DNA from: Pseudomonadota bacterium
Lineage (GTDB): Bacteria > Desulfobacterota > Desulfobacteria > Desulfobacterales > JBDRRP01
Direction: 5' to 3'
DNA: 57,205 nucleotides
NCBI GenBank assembly: GCA_043825735.1
Contig: JBDRRP010000016.1
Span: 1-57,205 of the forward strand
The notes beneath the pieces are model-generated. The model ran no database searches. It was given only the letters and a program-made list of their open reading frames with translations, and was not told the origin of the DNA. Shown here one piece after another: positions 8,593 to 18,830 of the stretch (its first letter is position 1; every line of letters starts with the position of its first letter). The translations under genes were made by a program, and so were the position numbers.

Positions 8593-10767
8593 TCACGACA
8601 TCCCTGCCTCACGCAGCCGCTCCCTCAGTCTGGTAAATCGCGTGTCGACCCCGATCTTGCCGATGCCTATTTTCACGGCACGCCGACTGCCGACCAGCAC
8701 GACCAGCTGACGGCCCCGGGTCACGGCCGTGTAGATGAGGTTTCGCTGGAGCATGACGTAATGCTGCGTCAACAGAGGGATCACCACCGCCGGGTACTCG
8801 GATCCCTGGGCCTTGTGAACGGAAACGGCATAGGCCAGTGTGATGTCGTCAAGATCACCGCCGTCGTAAACCACCGTTTGCCCGTCAAAAAGAACCCTGA
8901 TCTGCCGCGCGCCCTCATCAATGGCCGAAATTCTCCCCATGTCCCCGTTGAACACATCCTTGTCGTAGTTGTTGCGGATCTGCATGACCTTGTCACCGAT
9001 ACACAGCCGCCCCTCCCCTTTGGCGACACCATCGTTCCGGGGGTTGAGCGCCTGCTGCAGGGCAAGGTTCAAATGGGCGGCGCCCACCAACCCCTTGTGC
9101 ATCGGGGTGATGACCTGGATATCATCGACCGGATCCAGGCCGAAACGTCCGGGGATGCGATCGGCCACCAGTTTTAGAATCAGCTCCAGCGCCACGGCCG
9201 GATCTTCCTGTTCGATAAAGTAAAAATCCGAAAGGTCTTCTGCGGCGTCGGTAACCGGCATTCGCCCTGAATGGATGCGGTGGGCGTTGACCACAATGCG
9301 GCTTTGCTCCGACTGGCGGAAAATGTCTGAAAGCCGGGCCACGGCCACCCGCCCACTATCGATGATGTCGCCCAGCACGTTGCCGGCCCCCACCGACGGC
9401 AGTTGGTGGATATCGCCCACCATGACGAAGACACAGCCCGACGGCACCGCGGAGAGCAGAAAATACATGATCACGGTGTCGAGCATGGAAGCCTCATCCA
9501 CGATCATCACATCCGCCGAAAGCGGCCGCTGCCGGGTTCTCTGAAATCCGCCTTTTTGGGGGCTGTATTCGAGAAGCCGATGGATGGTACCGGCCGCCAG
9601 CCCCGTGGCCTCGCTTAGCCGCTTGGCGGCACGGCCGGTGGGCGCGCCCAGCATTACGCGAGCACCCGCGCGCCGGTAAATCTCCACGATGGCCCGAACG
9701 ATGGTGGTCTTTCCGGTGCCCGGCCCCCCCGTGATGACCGCCACGGTCTGCTCGAGCGCTGTCATCACCGCCAGCCGCTGCCCCTCTGACAGCGTAAACC
9801 GAAGCCGGCCGGCAACCCACTGGATGGCCCGTTCGGGGGTAGCCACCGTTTTTGCGCGCGGTGCCCGGATCAATGCCGTCAGATGGCTGGCGATGGCCGT
9901 CTCGCAGTGGTGAAAACGGGCCAGAAAGACGGCGTCGCCGCCGTCCCCCGGTTCAAGGACGATCTGCCGATCCCGGACGGCCGCTGATACGGCCCCGTCA
10001 ACCCGTTCCGGGGACACGCCGAGCAACTCTCCGACCCGCGCCGTCAGTCGCTCGCGAGGGCAATAGACATGCCCGTCGTCGGCTTCCTTCTCAAGAACGA
10101 AAACCAGCCCGGCCTGCACCCGCACCGGTGAATCCGGGGCAATTCCCAGGCTGGCAGCAATGCGATCGGCTTTCTGGAATCCGATACCGTGGATGTCGGC
10201 GGCCAGGCGGTAGGGATTGCTGCGGATCACCGCTGCGGCCCGCTCGCCATAGCGCTTGACGATCCGCAGGGCGAAATTGGTGCTCACGTCGTGGGCGCTC
10301 AGAAACACCATGACATCGCGAGTGCTCCGCTGATCGTTCCAGGCCTTGGTGATGCTGGCGATTCGTTTTTCACCGATACCGGGGATCTCGGCCAGACGCC
10401 CAGGATCGGCAGCGATGATATCCAGGGTGCGCTCCCCGAAGTGTTTGACGATGCGGCTGGCGGTCACCGGCCCCAACCCCGGTATGAGACCTGAACTCAA
10501 ATACTTCTCGATGCCTTCGCCGGTTGTGGGCTGCTCTGAGACACAGGCCTGAATCTGGAACTGGCGGCCGAAACGCGGATGCGCCACCCACATGCCGGTC
10601 ATGCGGATGTGCTCTCCCACCGTCGGCGCCGCCAGAATACCCACAACGGTGACCGGCTGGGCATACCCGCTCGCACGCACCTGTGCCACCGTGTAGCCGG
10701 TGTCCTCACGGGTATAGGTGACGCGCTCGAGCTGCCCCTCCAGCACGGTACTCGTCGCTGCGTCCAT
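8593..10767 (-). CDS. recD2: ATP-dependent RecD2-like SF1B DNA helicase
   Basis: N-terminal HhH repeats (GLGPVTA, GIGEKR). GGPGTGKT, DEASM, GDIHQL and HKAQGSE motifs. ATG overlaps the tsaA stop (TGATG). Confidence 0.93.
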   Translation of the reverse strand: MDAATSTVLEGQLERVTYTREDTGYTVAQVRASGYAQPVTVVGILAAPTVGEHIRMTGMWVAHPRFGRQFQIQACVSEQPTTGEGIEKYLSSGLIPGLGPVTASRIVKHFGERTLDIIAADPGRLAEIPGIGEKRIASITKAWNDQRSTRDVMVFLSAHDVSTNFALRIVKRYGERAAAVIRSNPYRLAADIHGIGFQKADRIAASLGIAPDSPVRVQAGLVFVLEKEADDGHVYCPRERLTARVGELLGVSPERVDGAVSAAVRDRQIVLEPGDGGDAVFLARFHHCETAIASHLTALIRAPRAKTVATPERAIQWVAGRLRFTLSEGQRLAVMTALEQTVAVITGGPGTGKTTIVRAIVEIYRRAGARVMLGAPTGRAAKRLSEATGLAAGTIHRLLEYSPQKGGFQRTRQRPLSADVMIVDEASMLDTVIMYFLLSAVPSGCVFVMVGDIHQLPSVGAGNVLGDIIDSGRVAVARLSDIFRQSEQSRIVVNAHRIHSGRMPVTDAAEDLSDFYFIEQEDPAVALELILKLVADRIPGRFGLDPVDDIQVITPMHKGLVGAAHLNLALQQALNPRNDGVAKGEGRLCIGDKVMQIRNNYDKDVFNGDMGRISAIDEGARQIRVLFDGQTVVYDGGDLDDITLAYAVSVHKAQGSEYPAVVIPLLTQHYVMLQRNLIYTAVTRGRQLVVLVGSRRAVKIGIGKIGVDTRFTRLRERLREAGMS

Positions 10768-11177
10768 CACACCCACGTCGGCACCGTGATCGCCTCCGGC
10801 GCCACGGAATACGGAATATAGCACTTGATGTCGATCACCGGACTGCCGTCTCGGGCATCCAAATCCGCCACGGCGATCCGGGTCCCCGAAATTTCAAGAA
10901 TGCGGCAAAGGGTCAATGCCAAAAGATTGGGACGCAAGGGGGAATGCGTTGCAAATACGCCGGTCAGGGGATTTTTGGAATCTTTGCGCGGGTGAACCTG
11001 CAACACGGCACGTTGGGACGGGGTGTCGTTTTCGTGAAACCAGTAAAGCACGTGAATGTGGGAAAAACCGTCAAGGCCCAGCAGGCCGTCTGCAAACGCC
11101 GGTTCAACGTCAATCCAGGTGCGCGCCTGCTGCCGGTGCACCCAGCCGATGGGCACCAGGGAAAAGGATTTGCTCAT
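10767..11177 (-). CDS. tsaA: tRNA t6A37 N6-methyltransferase TrmO/TsaA (short single-domain form)
   Basis: PIG, GLDGFSHI, GVFATHSPLRPN and DGSPVIDIK motifs. Confidence 0.88.
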   Translation of the reverse strand: MSKSFSLVPIGWVHRQQARTWIDVEPAFADGLLGLDGFSHIHVLYWFHENDTPSQRAVLQVHPRKDSKNPLTGVFATHSPLRPNLLALTLCRILEISGTRIAVADLDARDGSPVIDIKCYIPYSVAPEAITVPTWV

Positions 11178-11197
11178 GTTGCAGCCTCCTCTCAGTG

Positions 11198-11716
11198 TCA
11201 GGTGTCGCTAAACAGGCGCCGGTGCCGGGGAAGAATCTCCAGATAATCGTCGGCGGCCTCGTAAAATTTGGCCAGAGCGGCATCATCGAGGGGTTTTTTG
11301 ATCTGGGCCGGGATTCCGGCGACAAGGTACCCCGGCGGCACCTGCTGGCCGATACGCACCACCGATCCCACTGCTACCACCGCGCCGCGGCCGATGCGCG
11401 CACCGTTTTGCACCACGGCCCCCATGCCGATCAGGCACCCGTCTTCAAGGGTGCACCCGTGAATAACGGCATTATGACCCACCGTCACCCGGTTGCCGAT
11501 AACGACCGGAAAGCCGAAATCCGTATGAAGGGTACAGTTGTCCTGGATGTTGGAGGCCTCGCCGATGGTGATGCGCTCCATGTCACCGCGAAGCACGGCG
11601 CCGTAATAGACGCTTGAAGTGTCGCCAATGGTGACCGCACCGATCACCGTCGCCGTTGGAGCGACAAAGACCCCGCTGCCGATAACCGGCTCCCGGCCTT
11701 CATACGTTATAATCAT
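11198..11716 (-). CDS. Gamma carbonic anhydrase family (left-handed beta-helix) protein
   Basis: LRGD, NIQDNCTLH and VGHNAVIHGC Zn-ligand motifs; hexapeptide repeats. Confidence 0.9.
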   Translation of the reverse strand: MIITYEGREPVIGSGVFVAPTATVIGAVTIGDTSSVYYGAVLRGDMERITIGEASNIQDNCTLHTDFGFPVVIGNRVTVGHNAVIHGCTLEDGCLIGMGAVVQNGARIGRGAVVAVGSVVRIGQQVPPGYLVAGIPAQIKKPLDDAALAKFYEAADDYLEILPRHRRLFSDT

Positions 11717-11759
11717 GGTGTCTCCTGGATAAGTATCCGCTTATTTATGAAACTCAAGG

Positions 11760-11896
11760 TTGATGAAATCGTAAAAAGTGATTTTGAACCAAAGAGACCG
11801 CAGAGGACCGCAGAGAATATTATGAATAATAAAAAAGTTATCTCTGCGCTCTCTGCGCCCTCTGTGGTGATTTCAGACTTTTTACGAATTTGTCAA
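11760..11896. repeat. MITE/REP-like element with 20-bp terminal inverted repeats
   Basis: TTGATGAAATCGTAAAAAGT (11760-11779) matches the reverse complement of 11877-11896 at 17/20 positions. Inner arms ACCGCAGAGGACCGCAGAG and CTCTGCGCTCTCTGCGCCCTCTGTGGT surround an AT-rich loop. Confidence 0.75.
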
Positions 11897-11898
11897 TT

Positions 11899-12045
11899 TT
11901 AACAACCCTGTAAAAAAGTATTTTTCTCGCAAAGGCGCCAAGTACGCCAAGAAAAACATCAATGCGTTAGCTTTGCGATCTTTGCCCTTCGACTTCGCTC
12001 AGGGCCTTGAGCCTGTCGAACGGCGGCTTTGCGAGAGATTCAGTC
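11899..12045. repeat. Composite REP-like element with a nested hairpin insertion
   Basis: Arm CTCGCAAAGGCGCCAAGTACGCCAAG. The opposite arm is interrupted by CCTTCGACTTCGCTCAGGG...GTCGAACGGC. An inverted copy lies at 23323-23494. Confidence 0.75.
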
Positions 12046-12085
12046 CTCATTGCACTGCCGCCGGCGCCGGAAGCACGCCCCGCCG

Positions 12086-12838
12086 CTAGGGCAGGGGCTG
12101 CTCACGGCGGCGGCGTTTTTCGGCATGCGTGGTGTATATCCGATACAGGGGCATGTCATAAAACGCAGCGATGGCATAGACGCTCCGGCGCACCGGGGAG
12201 GTATCCACCTCCATGATGCGCACGTTTTCAGGTGCGCCGGACACCACCCACATGTGACCGTTTGATATGCCCGCATATGCCGGCACCCCGGCCGTCTCCA
12301 ACAGCGCCAGCAGCAGCAGAGACAGGTTTTTACAGTCCCCGCGACCACTGGCGATGGTCTCTGCCACATCCTGCCACGGTTGCGTTTCGTCCACATACTC
12401 AAAGCGGGAATGCACCAGGGTCAGCACATCATCGGCCGCTGACCCATCGCTACGGTCCGTTCCATACCGGTTTAGATAGCGCGCGGCAGCCTCAGCGTTG
12501 ATCAGCGCCTGCACCGGCGTACTGCCGGTGTCGGTATCCACGATATAGGCCGTGCCCTCGTAACGAGGCTGGTAGAGGCGGTTGATAAGGACGATGTTTT
12601 CCACCACCATCTCCCGGTAGGAGGCCAGGGCGTCCGGCTGCCCGGGGATCGCCCCGGGCTGATCAAGGACCGGGCGCGCCCTGACGGCACACCCCCAAGG
12701 CGCTGCAGCAAGAAGCATCCAGGCCAGCACAAACGGCCACCCTCGCCGACATACACCGATTGAAAGGTGCGCGCAGTGCCCCGGTATCCTCAGGAACGCC
12801 TCAAAAAACAAACCGGCATTTGCATCTGTTGAAATCAT
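12086..12838 (-). CDS. Transglutaminase-like Cys-protease-fold protein, possibly a lipoprotein (start uncertain)
   Basis: GRGDCKNLSLLLLALLE...GHMWV...VDTS resembles a Cys-His-Asp triad. Hydrophobic stretch ending in PWGC. Confidence 0.6.
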   Translation of the reverse strand: MISTDANAGLFFEAFLRIPGHCAHLSIGVCRRGWPFVLAWMLLAAAPWGCAVRARPVLDQPGAIPGQPDALASYREMVVENIVLINRLYQPRYEGTAYIVDTDTGSTPVQALINAEAAARYLNRYGTDRSDGSAADDVLTLVHSRFEYVDETQPWQDVAETIASGRGDCKNLSLLLLALLETAGVPAYAGISNGHMWVVSGAPENVRIMEVDTSPVRRSVYAIAAFYDMPLYRIYTTHAEKRRRREQPLP

Positions 12839-12892
12839 CGTTATTGTAGAAATATTATCACATCCGAGTCGGCCATAAAAGACGGAGAGACC

Positions 12893-13183
12893 ATGTCAGG
12901 CAACGTCATTGCCATTGAAGAACGCGACGGCCCCTTTCAGATTGTTTTCCAGCGTCTGCTGCGAATGGTTCCTGACCGGGAAAAAAGCAACAAGAATCTT
13001 CAGCGGTTGCTGGCGTTTCGTTTGAAAATCGATGGCGAGGCGGCAACCGCAGAGTACCTCGTGCGCAATATCCGGGACTACATCAAATGCGGCAATCACG
13101 GCAGTCTCTATGAATTTTTAAGAAACACCGGCGTAAGGGATCATTGTGCACCCCAGTTGGATCCGCCACCGGAAACCGCTTGA
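12893..13183 (+). CDS. Hypothetical protein (96 aa)
   Basis: SD GGAGA before the ATG; helical, protein-like composition; no recognised motif. Confidence 0.6.
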   Translation: MSGNVIAIEERDGPFQIVFQRLLRMVPDREKSNKNLQRLLAFRLKIDGEAATAEYLVRNIRDYIKCGNHGSLYEFLRNTGVRDHCAPQLDPPPETA

Positions 13184-13226
13184 ATGGCAGTTCCCCCTTA
13201 TAAGCACCCTAACCGGTTGAGACCTC

Positions 13227-13442
13227 ATGAAATTTTTCATTTCCGAAGGCAATCTTGGCAGCGAAGCAACGAAGGCGCAGGCCGAAATGGTTATCGCTGC
13301 GCTTCAGAAAAAGGGATGGGACGTAGCCTACGGCGCAGCTGAAAACAAGGCTACCGATATTTCCGAATTCGGCCAAGAAGAAACGATCCTGAACAATTTC
13401 ACGGACGACTTCATGGCCTGTCTCGACGCCATGGGGTTATAA
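13227..13442 (+). CDS. Hypothetical small acidic protein (71 aa)
   Basis: Protein-like composition and codon pattern, tandem with the previous ORF. Confidence 0.6.
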   Translation: MKFFISEGNLGSEATKAQAEMVIAALQKKGWDVAYGAAENKATDISEFGQEETILNNFTDDFMACLDAMGL

Positions 13443-13521
13443 TCGGGCAGCGCCGTTTTGCCGCCGCGTTCAGCAGAAATCGTTCTTGGCCGCCAGAGCG
13501 TCTTCCTCCCTTGAAACCGCA

Positions 13522-13550
13522 TTGACACCCCCCCCCGGCATCACTAATAT
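13522..13550 (+). promoter_or_regulatory. Sigma70 promoter with a C9 homopolymer in the spacer
   Basis: TTGACA 13522-13527, 17-nt spacer containing C9 (13528-13536), TAATAT 13545-13550; upstream of the TPR gene. Confidence 0.7.
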
Positions 13551-13588
13551 ACGATCATCTTCATCACGGAGACGGATGCACGGAAAGG

Positions 13589-14074
13589 GTGCCAGCGATG
13601 CCTGTCACAATGACCGCCCAGCAACTCTTTGAAGCCGGTATGATACTGTTCACCAACGGCAAATACCAGAACAGCATCCACCTGTTCACAGAGGCCTTGA
13701 TCCTCGATCCTGAATACGAGCCGGCCTACCTAAGTCGAGGATCCGCTTTTATGAGAGAAGCCCGGATGCCAGAGGCCATTGCTGATTTCACCAACGCTAT
13801 CGCACTCAATCCGCACCGTGAGCGCACCTTCAACCTGAGGGGGCTGGCGAGGGCCAATTTGGGCGATTATGAAAAGGCGGTGAGCGACTATACCCGCGCT
13901 ATCCAGATCAATCCCGAATTCAGTGCCGCCTACGTCAACCGCGAAAATGCCGTATGCGAACTGCAGCGCACCGGGCACCGCAGTGCCGGCATGCCCCAGG
14001 CGGCTGAAACCGCCCGACATTCGGCAGCCGTATTCCACCCGCTTCACCTGCCGTGGCAGACCAAGCGTCCGTAG
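13589..14074 (+). CDS. Tetratricopeptide repeat protein
   Basis: About three TPRs (AYLSRGSA...AIALNP, FNLRGLA...AIQINP). Start could be 13598 or 13610. Confidence 0.82.
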   Translation: MPAMPVTMTAQQLFEAGMILFTNGKYQNSIHLFTEALILDPEYEPAYLSRGSAFMREARMPEAIADFTNAIALNPHRERTFNLRGLARANLGDYEKAVSDYTRAIQINPEFSAAYVNRENAVCELQRTGHRSAGMPQAAETARHSAAVFHPLHLPWQTKRP

Positions 14075-14169
14075 CAAGGCTGTCAGCGCACCCCGTAAAC
14101 GTATGGAGTTTCACTTGAGTTGGGGCCATATATTTTCGGATCATCTTCCAAAGAGTCGGTCGATGAATA

Positions 14170-14400
14170 GGGGTCAAGGGTCCGAGGGTTGCGCCTATAC
14201 GGCTTAACAGCGACAAGGGGTCGAGTGAAAAACAACTAAGAAAACAGCAAAATACGTCTGCGGCTCGTAAAGCTTTGGGCCGGTTTCTTTGGGTGCGATT
14301 ATGGTCTCACCAGTAACATGGTGCCTGGATCGGCGCCCAGCCGCAAGAGTACTGTATAACGCCCAATGCCGTCACTTGAACCCTTGACCCCTCGAAACCT
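14170..14400. repeat. REP-like inverted arm pair with about 8-nt periodicity enclosing about 145 nt
   Basis: GGGTCAAGGGTCCGAGGG...CAAGGGGTCGAGTGA versus TCACTTGAACCCTTGACCCCTCGAAACC. Confidence 0.55.
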
Positions 14401-14495
14401 TTTCTCCAACTAAATGGGAGATGCCCCATATTTTATTGGCACACCGACATGATGCATGACAGCCCGGCATTGAACCGAGCCGATGGAGATCTCCC

Positions 14496-15536
14496 GTGGA
14501 TATTATAGACCTGCGCTCGGACACCCTGACCCGGCCCACATCGGAAATGCGTGAGGCCATGGCCTGCGCCGCCGTGGGAGATGACGTGTTCTGTGAAGAC
14601 CCGACGGTGAACCGGCTGGAAGCAATGGCCGCCGAGATCACCGGCAAATCGGCAGCGATGTTCGTCGCCAGCGGCACCATGGCCAACCTGGTGAGCGTTT
14701 TGACCCACTGCCAGCGGGGCGATGAAATGATTCTGGGCGACCAGGCCCACATCTTCTTTTACGAACAAGGCGGATCGGCCGCCCTCGGTGGCGTCCAGCC
14801 CCGCATCCTGCCCAACCGCCCTGACGGCACCATGGCACTGGAAGCCATCGCCGCGGCCGTGCGCCCCGACGATGTCCACTTTCCCACGTCGCGCCTCATC
14901 GCGCTCGAAAACACGCACAACCGGTGCATGGGTACGCCGCTGACGGCCGATTACACCCGTGCGGTGGCTGAATTGGCCCATGCCAACGGGATGTTTCTCC
15001 ATGTGGACGGCGCCAGGATTTTTAATGCCGCTGCGGCGCTCAATGTCACGGTCAAGGAACTGGCGGCCCCGGCCGATTCATTGAGTTTTTGCCTGAGCAA
15101 GGGCCTTGGGGCGCCAGTGGGTTCTCTGGTCTGCGGCGATGCGGCATTCATCCAAAGGGCCCGCCGCCTTCGCAAGGTCGTGGGCGGCGGCATGCGACAG
15201 GCCGGGGTTCTCGCCGCGGCGGGTATCGTGGCCCTCACCCATCATGTAAACCGGCTGGAAATCGATCACGCCAATGCCCGTCGCCTGGCAAAGGAAATCG
15301 CCGACATACCGGGACTGTCTATCGATGCGGATGCGGTGCGCACCAACATCGTTTTCTTCGATGTGACAGCGGAGGGTCTGTCCGCCGTCGATCTGGTGAA
15401 CCGCCTGGCCGCAGCCGGCGTCCGGATGCTGGCGCCCGGACCAAATCGCATTCGCGCGGTCACGCATCTGCACATCACCGAGGCCGACATCGAGCGCGTC
15501 ATCGAGATCATAACCCAGACACTCGGCGATCGATAG
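14496..15536 (+). CDS. ltaE: Low-specificity L-threonine aldolase
   Basis: DLRSDT, SGTMAN, ENTHN, HVDGARIFNA and CLSKGLGAP (PLP lysine) motifs. Confidence 0.95.
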   Translation: MDIIDLRSDTLTRPTSEMREAMACAAVGDDVFCEDPTVNRLEAMAAEITGKSAAMFVASGTMANLVSVLTHCQRGDEMILGDQAHIFFYEQGGSAALGGVQPRILPNRPDGTMALEAIAAAVRPDDVHFPTSRLIALENTHNRCMGTPLTADYTRAVAELAHANGMFLHVDGARIFNAAAALNVTVKELAAPADSLSFCLSKGLGAPVGSLVCGDAAFIQRARRLRKVVGGGMRQAGVLAAAGIVALTHHVNRLEIDHANARRLAKEIADIPGLSIDADAVRTNIVFFDVTAEGLSAVDLVNRLAAAGVRMLAPGPNRIRAVTHLHITEADIERVIEIITQTLGDR

Positions 15537-15553
15537 TGCCCATCCATGAATAT

Positions 15554-15660
15554 CCCGCCCCTGGCGGGAGGGGACAGTGGAGGGGGCCGGAAAAAGATTG
15601 TCTCTTGTTCTCGGAGGGTTGTCACCCTCACCCCAACCCCCTCCCATCAAGGGAGAGGGA
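15554..15660. repeat. REP-like C/G-rich palindromic doublet
   Basis: TCCCGCCCCTGGCGGGAGGGGACAGTGGAGGGG ... CACCCTCACCCCAACCCCCTCCCATCAAGGGAGAGGGA directly after ltaE. Confidence 0.6.
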
Positions 15661-15909
15661 GCAAGCGCTTTCCCATGGATAGACAATAGCTAATCGCTGG
15701 ATTTGAAATATACGAGACCTCAAAAATTGTTAACTCCCGTCGCTGCAAATCTTCAAAAATTGTAGGCTGGCGGGACCACCCATATATTTATCGACATATT
15801 GTGAGATTTGCAATCTATCGCAATCCTGGAAGAATGTTATATTTTTTCATTTATTACCAATGGTTATAGTCTTTTTAGCGAATTCCAGACACCTTGCCAC
15901 AGTGTGTTT

Positions 15910-15942
15910 CGGCTCGATATTTGCATAAAAATCAGGGGGTTG
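15910..15942 (+). promoter_or_regulatory. Putative sigma54 -24/-12 promoter plus IHF consensus site
   Basis: CGGCTCGATATTTGCA has GG-N10-GC spacing. AATCAGGGGGTTG (15930-15942) matches WATCARNNNNTTR. Confidence 0.45.
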
Positions 15943-16121
15943 TTTGTCATAATCGACTAATGCAGCGATGCCAGCAACCCTCAGACAAGCACCGCACCCT
16001 GCCGGCATAGAAAAACCGGCACCAGCGAACGCGGAGAGAGCACCTGCGTGCCACCTCTCCGATGACATATTGCAACCGATGGTCCGGCCCTGTGGCCGGG
16101 CAGCACCCATAGGAGGAAAAC

Positions 16122-17393
16122 ATGAAATCAGTAAAGATCATCTTTATTCTGGCCGTAGTTGCGCTGTTCATGGCCGGACCGGCCGCCGCCACCGGCAAGG
16201 TCAAGGGTGACAAGGGCAAGGGCCACAAGGACAAGGGGCACAAGTACGAAAGCTCCGCGGTGGTGCCCGCACTGCTGCTGTTTCCTGCCGACAGCCAGGA
16301 CACCGCTTTGAAAAAGAAATATTACATGGATTCGCTTTACAAAAAAAAGGGCGACCATCCTTTTCACGGCAGCGGGTACGTGGTCCCCGCGGGCCTGTTT
16401 GTCCTTGACATCTACAACCAGGGCACCGGCAACAGGGACGAAACCGCCTACGGCGTCAAACTGGTGGTGGCCCTCGACAATTCAGCGCTGTTTACATCGG
16501 CCGACATCACCGTTTCCAAAAATGGCGCTGTCCTCAAAAGTGAGCATCTGACAGAGACGTCCTTTACGACAGCGCCGGCCACCCCCCGGTTCGATGTCAG
16601 CGATAAAGCGTTTCCACGGCACGGGGTTTTCCCGGCGTATTACGCCGAGATTGGGGTCGGGGACATCGGCAAGGGTGAGACCGTCGCCGTAGATATCGAT
16701 GTCAAGGGAGACTCGGCGCTGCTCATCCACTTCGACGCCTATGGCCAGGGCACCCGCTACCTTTGCGACGATGACTGCCACGGGAACGACGGCAAAAAAG
16801 GCCATGGGAAAAAGGGTGATTGCGACGGCAAGGGCAAGCGTTACGGCAAGGACAAGCATGATAAGGACTGCTGCGAGAAAGACGGCCATGGCTGGCACCA
16901 TGATTGGGAAGCGTGCACCCAGACCTACGACATCCGCAACAAGCTCTCCCACGATGTTACGCAGGAGGGAGGCACGTCGGCAACGCAGAGTGTTACGTTC
17001 GTTGAATTTCCCGAGCTACCGGTAGCTCAAGGAGAATCGGCCAATTTCGGCTTCGAGTTGGTGGCATCGCCGGTTACCGTCACTGCGTTGATTTTGGATT
17101 CGACCGGGGTGCCGGTGGCAATTGTAGCACCAAGAACGTCGCTGCCGGCCGGTGATGTGTTTGTCTTAAATGTGCCCGACGCCAGAGATGCGGTTTTGGA
17201 CGGGAATACGGTCCAGTGGCTGGTGACGCCGGAAACCGTAGGCGTGCCCCCATACCCGTTCATCGTCACGCCCTCGAACATGGCGGATCATGCGCCACTG
17301 GGGATCTATATCCTAAAGATCTGCGTCCTGGGAGGCACCTCCATCAGCGATTGCAGCGAGATCCAGTTTGAGGTCGTAACAGGCCCGCAATAG
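16122..17393 (+). CDS. Secreted protein with Lys/His/Asp/Cys-rich inserts, possibly choice-of-anchor-N-like
   Basis: SD AGGAGG; signal peptide MKSVKIIFILAVVALFMAGPAAA; motifs HGVFPAYY, IHFDAY and LSHD. Confidence 0.7.
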   Translation: MKSVKIIFILAVVALFMAGPAAATGKVKGDKGKGHKDKGHKYESSAVVPALLLFPADSQDTALKKKYYMDSLYKKKGDHPFHGSGYVVPAGLFVLDIYNQGTGNRDETAYGVKLVVALDNSALFTSADITVSKNGAVLKSEHLTETSFTTAPATPRFDVSDKAFPRHGVFPAYYAEIGVGDIGKGETVAVDIDVKGDSALLIHFDAYGQGTRYLCDDDCHGNDGKKGHGKKGDCDGKGKRYGKDKHDKDCCEKDGHGWHHDWEACTQTYDIRNKLSHDVTQEGGTSATQSVTFVEFPELPVAQGESANFGFELVASPVTVTALILDSTGVPVAIVAPRTSLPAGDVFVLNVPDARDAVLDGNTVQWLVTPETVGVPPYPFIVTPSNMADHAPLGIYILKICVLGGTSISDCSEIQFEVVTGPQ

Positions 17394-17475
17394 CCCGCCG
17401 GGATTCTTCGGTTGGCGACCGTCAACAGCCGAAATCGGCAGGAAACCGGGGCGCCGCCCCCAAGCTGAAAATGAC

Positions 17476-17512
17476 AACAGCGCTTCGCCCGTCCGGGTGA
17501 AGCGCTGTTTTT
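17476..17512. terminator. Intrinsic terminator hairpin between convergent genes
   Basis: AACAGCGCTTCGCCC-gtcc-GGGTGAAGCGCTGTT followed by a T run. Confidence 0.8.
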
Positions 17513-17533
17513 ACGTCTGAGCGATGGCGCGGA

Positions 17534-18784
<1,251 letters not shown>

Positions 18785-18830
18785 ACTCCCTCCTTCACGC
18801 AAGGCCCTGCACCCTGCCGGGCGCCGGGAG

